From Stylophora pistillata (lineage: Eukaryota): DNA of 64,000 nucleotides. Each line of letters opens with the position of its first letter. Positions within the stretch are counted from its first letter, which is position 1. Positions 25,081 through 37,000 of the stretch are shown piece by piece. The notes beneath the pieces were generated by a model that saw nothing but the letters and a program-made list of their open reading frames with translations, did no database searches and was not told where the DNA came from. Both the position numbers and the translations under genes were made by a program. The DNA is taken from contig NW_019218237.1 in the NCBI RefSeq assembly GCF_002571385.2, positions 17,916-81,915 of the forward strand, in the 5' to 3' direction.

Positions 25081-28000
25081 CTGTAAATCAAAGAAAATAG
25101 CGTAGCCATGGGTTTATTGTAACCAGGTCATCAATACAATAGCAAATTTTGTCAAATGAATGAATGTCTACAAGAGCAGCCAGCCTATCTAAATCTACGT
25201 TTTGTCTTTAAGTTAATTTTGGGAGATACTCGTACTGCATAAAAAACATACGATTTTCAATTGCAATTTGTTCTCTTGTTGAGGTAAGCGACCTGTGGCG
25301 TTAACGCTTACAGGAAGTATGACGATGATTATGTCATGAATGAACCTGGAAGGTTGAGCACAGTAAACAGATGTTACTATAGCGATAAAAATATAATTTA
25401 GGATTGAACAAACACTGTATGTACCAAAGAGGAAACAAATAGATATTTTCATACAAACCTTCTCGAAGTTAAGGAAGACATCTTCCACTGCCCTGGTGAG
25501 TCGAAATCTATTACTGTCACGGTTTCCATAACAAACAATCACAAGAAGAAGCAAGAAAGAAACGCAGATACCAATTTCTATCAGTGTTTTCGCAAGTCTC
25601 CTTCTCAAAATTTTTGCTGAGCGCTCTTTGTTCAACTCCTCGTTTCTGGGTGGAAAGGAAGTTATCCCTTTCTCTACGCATTGATTGGAGTGATCTTGTC
25701 CCCGTATTTCATCATTTTCGATTGGTTTTTTGAAGATAAGTGATAAGAGTGAAACTATTATAACCACCTTCACTGGCTGAATTACCACAATGTCCTGGAA
25801 AAACGAAATCATAACGGAAGTGAGCCACTGATTGGCTACCTTTTTACCCCACATGAGGCTATAAAACACAACAAAAGCCGCTGATACCAGTGACGCCATA
25901 AGACATAATGCCCAGCCAATATAAACACAGAAATGAGGGAAGCAACCAATTTTTTTCTCTTCGTCTTCTCCGTTTTGACTATTTCCTCTGTGTATCAGTG
26001 CAGATGGTCTGATATTCTTAAAAATAGCAACGACGAGAACATTCACGGGAATCGATACCAGCCCACTTTGAAGGCCAATTCTTATTTGAGACCAGGATAG
26101 CTGAATAGGACCGACGCGAAAGGTTTCAGCGTTATTTATGCTTTGCTGGTAAAACATCGCATTGGCGACCATAGTTGCAAACAAGATTGACAGACAACAT
26201 GAAAGACGTTGACTGCGAGTGAAAGTACTGTGTGGAGCTTTGGTAAATAATGATAACCAGAGGTGCTTCTCGCTAAGGGTTTTAGCACCTCTGAAATAGA
26301 ACAAGTTACTAAAGGACAAAGATTCACTTTGACCAGCGGAAATGATGTCGGCTTCGATTTTTCCGTCTCCCTTTTCCAGAGCAAGCCACTGGTTTCCAAG
26401 AAAATGCCACTTTTCGTCTGTGGCATTACAAGTCACCAAGACTTGGTGAAAAAACCAAGCCGGGCTTTCTCCAGAATTGTCATGCCAGATTTTGATTTTG
26501 TACAAAGACCCAAGTGATTCTTGGAGATGAATTGTGAATGTGTTGACGCTACCTCGTGCGAAAAATCTCTTTCCCAGCTGACTCTGTGTTAAGAGCACAG
26601 GAGGCGTACATCCATTCTCGCCAAACAGGATGATTGCCACGTTCGCTGTAGTTCCACAGTTCCTCCAAATTCCTGTTTGTATTGAGATGTTGTATGTGAA
26701 GGTACATTCTTGTCCTATTATCACATGGATGTTTGGTGCAATCTGAGAAAAAAATAACCAAGTACTCTGAGCAAGGTGTTTTTATTTTTAGAATTAAACT
26801 AACCATAAGTTAACTTCTGAGTAAACGTAAGATGTTCCTTTCATAGATTATGAGTTTTTTCCAGCTGAAACTTTCCCGTCGCTGGACACCTCCAAACAAC
26901 TAACCAACGCACTACTTTCAGCTCGTGAGGCCCGGAGTTCTTTTTTCAGACGGCAAACTATAAGAAAACTAGATTATAAAACACATGTACCTCATATTCG
27001 TCTATCTTGTCGGCTCTTCGGGTGATAACCAGACCGATGGCGTACAATCCAAATACCACGCAGACAAATGCCAAAACAACGAAGTTCCCGGTGGCTGCAA
27101 GGTTCCCAAACTCCGCCATAACTTTATCAAAGTCTATTGGGTTTGGGGCCACGAACAGGTCACCTCCAAAAGCTGACAGGTGCGTGCAGAAACATTGAAG
27201 TTTTCCAGGTGTGGCTTTTGGGCCAACCTTTTTTAAGAAGGAATACGAAACAATAAGCAAAACGAGTATTTTCTAGTAAGCGGTTAATGCAAGAAGAAAT
27301 TCAACTGCTGATGTACACGGTTTCAATTAGAAGTTCTCAAAACGATATGCAAAGGATATTGCAAATACACAATGTAATACTCTCTCATTTCAAAACTTAC
27401 TGGGTGCTTCTTTCTATAACAAATTTGTGCTTGGAAAGGAACTTGATGTACGTGGCCTACTTTGAATCAAATCTTTATTATTTTAATTAGCAAGCAGTAT
27501 GCCAAATTTGATCTATACGAAACTAATATTATATTCCTACCTTACATCCTCTATTGGTCCATTCTTCGTCCTCAGGGGACCAGTACATGCACAGACCCAT
27601 GGTGATGAACAGTTTATACTGCACGTCGGTATTGTTCTGAAATTGTTGCTTTAAAATATTTTCCGGAAGTGGAGGTGGCTTCACTTCGACGCAGGACCGT
27701 TTTTGGCGACCGTTAGTCCCACGGCATGATTTCTTGACGCGTGTTCTACTTTGAGTATTGTTCTTCTCAGAGGATTGAGGGGCGTTCCTTATACCAATAA
27801 AGTGAGTACCCGTATGTCCGGTGATCGAAGGGGATATGGTAAACAAATAAGGATCAGAGGCACAATCAGAGAAACCATTCTCTTCTGAGTAACTTAAGCA
27901 TGAGGAAATATTTGGGACAACTGTCTGAAAGTCATTCTCTGCCGGTGTTGGTCTCACTTTGTACCTGATGTAGATTTCGAGTGTTTCGTTTCTTAATGGT

Positions 28001-31000
28001 TCAATTCGGATATTTGCATCAGCATCACCGTATTTAAGATCGATTTTGTGAAATCGCATGTTCTTTGTCGATTTTGGAGGGCTTGGTTTTACAAAGAACA
28101 CTTCTTTCTTTTGTATATCGTTTTCCCGGTGCCAGTTTTTGATGAACATTTCAACAGGTTTGCTGAGACCCTCCACATGAAGTGCTTTCCCGGATGTAAC
28201 GTTCTTTAAAGTAACATCAAGAACAGATGATTTTATACTTCTGGATTTCGGATGCCATGTGTAAGGATTCTTTTTAAAAGACACAAGCTGAAATATCGAA
28301 GAAATGTAAATATTAGAATGAAGAGAACATTTTCATCGTCTTCAAGGTCGGAGAAGACACAACCAGACCCGAGAGCAGGAAGGCAACTTATTTATCAATT
28401 GTTGATCAATGACACAAATACCTCCAACTAAGAAAACTGAAGTAAATAAGTAAGCGAAAAAAAAACTGACATAAATTTCCAGTTCTCAGTAAGGAATCAA
28501 ACTTCTGTCCGGTAGGCACTAAGAAGTTTCTACCCCCAAGTAGACAAATAAAAAGAAGTAAACTCATCCTCTTTCCTAAGTTGAAGTGGCTACCAAAGCA
28601 CTTCATGGCTAGCTCTAGCTATATTTGCTCCTGACCTTGACATCCACCACGGTGTTGTCGTCTAAGAGATCAGCCGGAAACAGATCCTTGGCATCAGGTA
28701 GCTTGACTCCACTCTCACCCTTAAGCAGCTTGCTTACTTTCATTTCAGTGGCTTTTTCAATGCAAGCTGTTAAATTTATGTAAGGTGTGGTGATGATTGT
28801 AGGATTTGCACACAATTCCTCTTCTGCAGTGATTGTGTTTACCAGTTCCACACATTCTGAGGTGATTTTCTTGCCCTGTAAAAGAGATAGGAGAACTGAA
28901 GCGCTGAAGCGAAATGTTAGAGATAATTTGGATATATCAACAAAGTTGAAATGGTAAATTGGCCACCGTAACGATTACAAAGGCTGACGTATCGAGCGTT
29001 AGCCCTTCGTCGGAGACCTTCGTCGGAGCCCTTCGTCGTTAGCCCTTCGCTCCGACGAAGGGCTAACGCTCGAAACGTAAGCTTTTGTAATCGTTACGGT
29101 GGGCAATTTACCATTTCAACTTTGTTGATATATCCAAATTATTTCGTTATTCCCACCGACGCAGCCCCAAACAGTTTCTTTCGAAACTATCAGCCTTTAT
29201 TGAAATGTTAGAGACTTTGATCAGAAACTGGTTGGACATTGATCTTCTCCTCGTGCATATTCTCAGGTAACTTGTGGGTTGTTAAGACGAGACATAACCA
29301 TTATGCTGTTTCCGATTTTAACTACCTCAGTCAGATTATCAAAGACTCAAAGAATGTCAATAGTTTTAAACGTAATGTTTTTAAGTTTTTAATATCGCTT
29401 CTTACGTTTAATTTTTATTTATACTTATTTTTAATTTTTTATGCATTTTTTGTATGCTTTTAATCCCTTTGTAATTTTATTGCTTTTTGTTTCTACTATA
29501 TATATCTAGTTTCGAGGTCCTTTTTGAAAACCATACTTGTTATGAAAAAGTTTCCTCAATAAAGATTATTATTATTATTATTATTATTACAGATGTAAAG
29601 GAAAAAGGGAGAAAACAACTGCAGTTCTTAATAAACAAAAGACACAACAAAAAGTAGTATGCATCAATGGAAAATTAGAACAGATTAGATTAAAATTAAT
29701 TGAGACACCTGTTGGATTCTTAGTTCAAATGTCAAAGTGGTTACTCCGAACAGTATTTACAAATAAATAAACGTTACTCTAAATACTTGTTAAATTTTTC
29801 CTATAGAAAAGAGCCCAAAGCAATGTTTACTTACATTTTTCAAAAAATCAGGTTCCTTATTCGGAGATTCATAATCCATATCCTTAGAAGAAGAGGCTAG
29901 AACGTTTCCAATCCCTGTTAATATGTTCGTACCTATCTCTCCAATGACTCCCAAATCTTTTATAGTACTGCTGTTCATTTTTTGCATGAATGTTGTTGTT
30001 TTTCTTATTAAGGTCAATGCATCCTCCTTTGGGAAACAAGTTGAAGCAACGAGTGAGTGTACCATAGAAACGTATTCAAATTTAGTGAGTGTGCATTCCC
30101 AGATATCTTAAACTAAAACATCAGTGGTGGTGCTATTGTCTGGGACGGAAGCGGCTTTTTATGCTCATTTAAATATTGTGGGGGCCCTTATATTACCTGA
30201 CTGGAGGAATTATTTGGTGGGTGCACTTGCTTTGTTCAGGAAAAAGCTTGTTAATTCTACCTAGGATTGCACGTCGCTTTTTTTTTGGGTCTCAAAATAC
30301 CAAAATAGGTCCCTCTTTAAAAACCTCAAGAGGTATGGAAGTAAACAAACTTCTCAGACCAAAAAAGATCATGGCAAATCCTCATTAAAATAATTCAAAA
30401 TCTACTGCTGAATTGCTTGTAGGTATAACTGTTTCTTTGTCACGCGCTGTTCACTGTGTAAAGCAAACAATCCATCATTTCAGGTGCAATCCCTGACTTA
30501 CCTGTGAATTCTGAGGCAGGGAATGGTCAACCCGTTTAGTTGAGTAAGCGGTAATAACGGCAACCTTGGTAACCAGATTGATCTTGTCAACTTTTACTCC
30601 AGACATGATGTTTAGCACAGAATCCTTAAACTGCAAGCAAAATTATACATTCAAGGACATTTGGTGCCTTTAAGCAATATAAGTGAGGGGGAATTTCCAT
30701 TTTATGGGTCAATGGCAATCAGAGTATAGAGAATTTGGGCCACAAAGGACAAAAGCATTCTTTTTTAGCTTTCAAACTCTGGTAAATAACCGAAACAAAA
30801 TTTCTTCTTACAATACCAATACAACAAAAAATGGACAAGTGATAAGAAGAAAGAAAAATATCAGTCAAGAGATTATCAGTTAGTCCAATACCAAAGTTTA
30901 CAAACTAACAACATAAGAATTGTATGAAAGACAATAAGGAGAATAATTAATGAGATCTTGGAAGTAAATTTGGGAATACAAATACATGTACTGGGCTCAA

Positions 31001-34000
31001 AGATATAACGATTTAGTTCGTGATTCAATGGTCTATAATTAACTGATAAACTGTCAAATTAAAGGTCAGAGTTTCCAACTTAGTGATTACTTAAAGTGTA
31101 TGTTTCCTTTTCAAAACCATTGTGATCGCACTTTTTTCAATTGCCTTTCGTTAATCATTTTCATTAAATGGAATTTTAGAAGTTCTGATCTCACCGTTTC
31201 GTCTTTCTTAAGCTTTTCGTTGCCATCAATAACAGAGAGAATTGTAATAGCCATATCAGCTGCTTTGTTAACATTGTCACCTGCAACCAGCTCGCGCATT
31301 TCATCTTTTGCGTTATTGATAACATCTAACAGCTTCTCTGAAACAAGCGGTGGCCTAACCTTAAAAGCAAAAACAGAGAGGTGTGACACGTTTGATCAAA
31401 GCGCTGTAAGGAGAAAAGAAGATAATGTTGACCTGGATATATTCTGCGTTGATCTGGACTCAGTTGTTCAAAGGACGGACAAATCCCTATCCAGCGGATA
31501 AGCTTAACAAAACTTACTGTGTATGATGCACGATCCTTCGCAGTAGATAGCGCTATTTAGGCAACAGCGAAAATCAGACCTGAAAAAAATCAGGCCTGTA
31601 CGGGATTCGAACCACTGACCTCTGCGATACTAGTGCAGCGCTCTACCAATTGAGCTAACAAGCCAACTGGGAGCAGGCCGTTAAGTTGATTCGTAATAAA
31701 CCCGTGATGATAAATCAGATATATATCTGTCATATCATCATACGCAGAGGTCAGTGGTTCGAATCCCGTACACGCCTGATTTTTTTCAGGTCTGATTTTC
31801 GCTATTGCCTAAATAGCGCTATCTACTGCGAAGGATCGTGCATCATACGTATTTAATACCGCAGTTCAAAATATATGGACTTCATATATTCATTATATCT
31901 AACCAAAACGTACTGCGCTATCCACCTGATAGGGATCCAGCGGATAACTGGGTGATGATGGACAACTACAATTTTTTCCTCAAGCTGATCATGCAATTTG
32001 GTATGTACTGAACTTGTATGACATTTAGCGTAAAAAAGATTCTGAAATGATATCGCTAAAGGCTCGTCGTTGTATCAGTGACGTACAAAGAAAGCAAAGG
32101 CCATGCAACACCATATGCATGTTACTCAACAAAATGACGATGGAAAGTGACTCTATCTATCTAAACAGATTGAACACAAATTTCATCATTTATATCATCT
32201 TTTTTGCTTGTATGTTTAAATTCAAATCCTATACCTTAATTTTCTTAGGCACAGAAGTAAAATCTCCATAAGCATCGATAATCTTCAGATCCACAAGACG
32301 ATCGTAGTCTTGATCATGATCCCCCAAAGGAAGTTTAGTCGTCACTTTACCCACATTTCCCTCTTGAATGAGAATTGTGCTAGAGTCGAACGTGTAGGTG
32401 AAAGCATATTGTAGTGGAACATCTTCGTCATACCAACCCAAACATGTGATGTAGTAGTCGGTAATAATTGCAGAGCCTTCTTCAGGCATCACCTTACAAC
32501 CTTCTTCTATAATTTGCGCTTCAGAGTTAGTTGGCGGAGCGTTGACAATAAATGCATAGACTGCTTGTTCTTCAAAACGGCTCTTGTATGGATTGGCTGT
32601 GACTCTAACTTGTAATTTTTGTCCGTCTTTGACTTCTAGAAGATTCTCAAGTTTAAGTATATTCATTTGTGTCATGTTTGCGATAGTTTCTACCGAGCCA
32701 CTTATATCAAGCCTGGTAAAGTTTCCATGATCGTCTTCTGAGAAAATCATCCATGAGAAGGTCGCTATTGACGCACACTCTTCTTTAACGCAAATCACAC
32801 GAAGGGAGAGGGGTCTTTTAATGCTGACCTTCCTTCCACAATTACTGACGCATCTATTGCGAAAAACCAAAAAACAAAGAAACTAAGACAAAATGTTACA
32901 ACATAGAACAAAATACAAATCTCAAAAAAAAAACAACTACTACTTGAAGAAAGAAATGAAACTGGGTCAATATGGTACTTTAGAGAGTTAGAGTGGTTAA
33001 AAGAAACTTAAAACCGCACGCATCAAGAACTGTTTCTTGAGCAATTGCTTTTCTCAAATGTTCACGGTTTTTGTTCCATTAAAGCAACACGGCTTTTTCG
33101 AGAAGGGGTTTTAAGGAACATCTCACAGCAAATCATTTGTATTAATCGAGCATATGCATAGCAGGTTGAGGTTATCAACTAAGAAACCTCGGCTGAAAAA
33201 GGATAGTAGATAGGTAGATACATTCAAACATCAACAAGTCAAATTAACGTCGGAAAATGCATTTATATGTGAGTGCATTTTAAAATATCTGTACAAAATA
33301 TTCAAACTTGAACTACGATAACTGAATAAAAAAAAAAAGATGTAAGTACATCAACAGATGAATTAAACTTACGCAACAGAGAACTGTATTCCAGGCTCGA
33401 CGTATAGCCTATGACTTGCTCTCGAACTCCTTGGCTCTCTTGTTACAGTCAGATTAAATTCGTAGGTACATTTTGGCTTTAAAGAAGAAGCATCAATCGT
33501 AAATCTTTCAAGGATGGAATTAGAATCAGTTTCAATACATGGGGTTATTAGAGTTTCTTGGCAAAGCCTTCGGCACTGCCAAAAAAATTTCAATCCTTTA
33601 GACTGATCCTGTGGGTACTCTGTGTCATGTGAACCGGAACCGTCAATCGTTATATTCCCCGCATCTCTTTTTATTGACGAAGGTGCCACTATTTTTGCCA
33701 TTAGAGCTGGCATGCGGACTCTGAAGAACCCAAAGTCATAAGCGGACGTGTCTGTGATATTGTTTGTGAACGATACATTTACTGAGACGTAAAATTCGCC
33801 GGGTCCAAACAATCTTGGTAGTAACGTCATCTTGGGTGTAGTTGTGAGGTCCATTAGGATAAATGGCGAGAAAAAACTAGTTTCGCGGTCAATTTTGAAA
33901 AACGTCCAACGGTACGTTGCATGGATCGACGAGGAACAATTAATTGACACTTTTGGTCTCAAAGTGAAGTTTTTGTCAGCTGACCATATAATATCTGACT

Positions 34001-37000
34001 CAGGGATACGATGCTTGAGCTGCAGATCAACCGCAGGAGGATCGCAGTCGCACGTAACTGGAATGGAAGAGAACATATGCATGTCATTCTCAGTGAGACA
34101 ATGGAATTAAAGGTTATATAAGAGATCTAAAAAATCATGAATTTCAACTAAATATTGATATAGGAAAGACTATCGAAAAAAAAAAAGGCGTACATCGATG
34201 GAACTGATCATGATAAAGGGATTTCCAACAACGACAGATCATAGATTGCAAAGATTGGTAAAAATATTCGGGTCCAATAATACGTAACGTTAAGGATGAA
34301 TTTCATTGTCTTTCATTCTGGCGTTTTTCAGTGACTGGTCCAGAAAATTCACACTACTTTCTCGACCAATTAGAGATACAGGACTGAAAGCAATCGTGAC
34401 TAAGTTACTTGCGTTTTCCTGAGCATCAGGTCGTTTAGTTCACATTTTTTGCTCTTAGTGCTTTCTTCACTCAATCAAGAAACAGTTCAAACGGTGAGAT
34501 TGATCCTTTTCAAGATATTGATTGAATGCAGTTTCACCAGTCAATTGTCATCAATTCTACTTGGATTTCTTCATTGTTACTACTCAAGTCACTCTTAGAA
34601 CTTTGGAATGCCCTTGACGTTTACTATTTATTTAATGATGAGGTTTGGTGGGAACTTACTTGGTTGTCTTATATTTAGATAACCTGGGTGGAAAATGCTA
34701 GATTCTTGGACGAATGCCTTTAGCTTGGCTCTCAGACGATGAACACTGGTTTCTGTGCAGTAAATTGCTACCTCTGCTGTGGCAAATGTCGCTAACTGTG
34801 GTGACCGTTGAGGACTTAAGAAAAAGAAAGATATAAAAAAGAGAAATAATAAACACAATTTTCCATTCGGAAGGGGTGCAAATGGTCGTAATCGTGTCAT
34901 TCGGTGTATAAGGCCATCCATACAAGACGCTCTTTCACCATCGACTCATGAACAAAGTAACACCTTTACCTTAATCTCAAGACTTTGTTGTAGAGGTATC
35001 CTCCTACGGTTTTGAAATACCATTGAATCTGAAACAGAAACAAAATGCAGAACTTTTTCTCTTTGAATCCATTTAACATGTGGTTAAAATTAGGTTTTTT
35101 TTTAAAAATGGAAAGCGTCAAATGTAACTGATTACGCCCTAAATCTGGCTCTGTAGACACCGGGATAAGGGTGAGTGACTAGAGCAGACGCAGCAAGTGA
35201 TCATTTTTGCCACAAGCTATTCATGAGACAAAGAATATATTATCAACACTTGAATCTACGTGCGTGTTTTCCTTGCTCATGGACCTCCGCTGAATGACGG
35301 GGTCAGAGTGTATATGCTTTAGCAAAACACTCTACTTTCACAATGCCTCTCTCTCCCCCTATCTCTCTTTCTCCCCCTCTTTGTAAGCTACAGAAGTATA
35401 AGCCAATCAAGATAACAACAGAAATTCTCTGTAGTGACCTCCTCCGTCGCTTTGGATGCCTCTTGTATGTATTCATCACTGGAAGTGTTTAAGTAGTTGT
35501 AGGCGAAGGTAGTATTATGAAACATCAGCCACGCCTCGAAATAATAAGCTACGATAAAATTAAAGAGTAATGATCCGTTAAGCAACCCATGATTTAATTA
35601 TATAGGAATCTTAGTTATTTAAGTTACTCTGGAGTGATCACAAGGGTGATCACACATACTTGATGTGCCTTACAAAATATGGTGTACCTCACGATGTTTT
35701 TAGAGAAGGGAAAATTTGCACCTTAAATAATAAATTTCTGATTGCGAAAAGCTATTAAGAGCTATGATTAAACTAAAAAGGAACTGGGAAGTTTAAGGTT
35801 GGTGGTGACTGAAAAAGATCGTAATTAGTGGGTTGAAAACCTCGGAAATTTTTTTCTAGATGCTGGCAAACCGCGAAGTAGCTTCTTCTAATGGCGGTAC
35901 GCCTATTTTAAATACTAGGGAATTTTTTATAATTGTCGTGAGAGGTACAACAAGACATTTCCTCATACAAATCAAAATATTCGCTTAGATGGAAAAATGG
36001 CCCAGAAGATTCGCCTGGTTCAATGAATAAACCTGAGGACAGCTTGGACAATTTTTGATGATAGCCGTTTAATCATGAGACTGCAATCGTTTGGAAAGTA
36101 ATTCAGTCAAGTATTTTTAGATGAGGCTTAAAAATTAGCTATATTTACTAAGTATTCGTTCCTACGTGGAAATCTGAACCTGAACTACACTTTCTTACTT
36201 GGTTCGCAGCCATAAAGTTCCATTCTGAGTCCAATGTTGTTAGTCCAATTAAGAGGTACCAAAAGTACACTTGATGTAATCCTAGGAGCTGCTAAGTCGT
36301 GTCTTACTATTTCATTGCTGTCACTATTTCCTTTAAACGTCTATGAAAAAAACAGAAATGTAGCATAGAGTTACTTATAATAATCACTCGCGTGTCAATG
36401 AGATTCAAAAGCACTCTACCCTGATCGCTTAAGACATTTTAACGGCGAAAAAAAAACACACGAACACAAATAAGTTTTCTTATCTACAATTTATGAAAAC
36501 ATTGATGGAAAAGCCTCTCTATATCTGTCTTTCTCAAAGGGACATTTGAGTTCATGTCTGTGCCAATGTCGTTTGAATGGATAATGTCCTAGTCTTGCCT
36601 CTCATTATCCAAGTTTACAACGCATATCTAGCTTCGATGTTTATTATTTCCTGAGATTGCATGAATGAAATGTAAAAAAAAGAAATGATGGGCTTTCTTT
36701 TGAAACGCAACTACTCCTAAATTTTCTTACCTAAAATGCAAGGATTTATAAAGGGTATGGAGTGCACCTTATGTATATCTCTATCGACTCTGGGCTATCC
36801 ACATAAATGAAAGATTCACGAATTCGAAAGGCATAGTCAAGCAAGGGCTGTTGAGTAAAGGGTAAATGAATATCTTGTACGTGGATGAGCAGAAAAACAA
36901 AAATATATTGTTAACAAAGCCTCTGATATTCCGCCTCCGCCAATTTTTTCGATTGGACATAACAGGGATCAAAAGCTTCGAGCAAAGTTATCTCTATAAT

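Noticed and set aside
31592-31664. Functional tRNA-Thr(AGT) gene
   Set aside because: Mismatches in the anticodon and T stems, and it is embedded in a dispersed repeat with an inverted partial copy.
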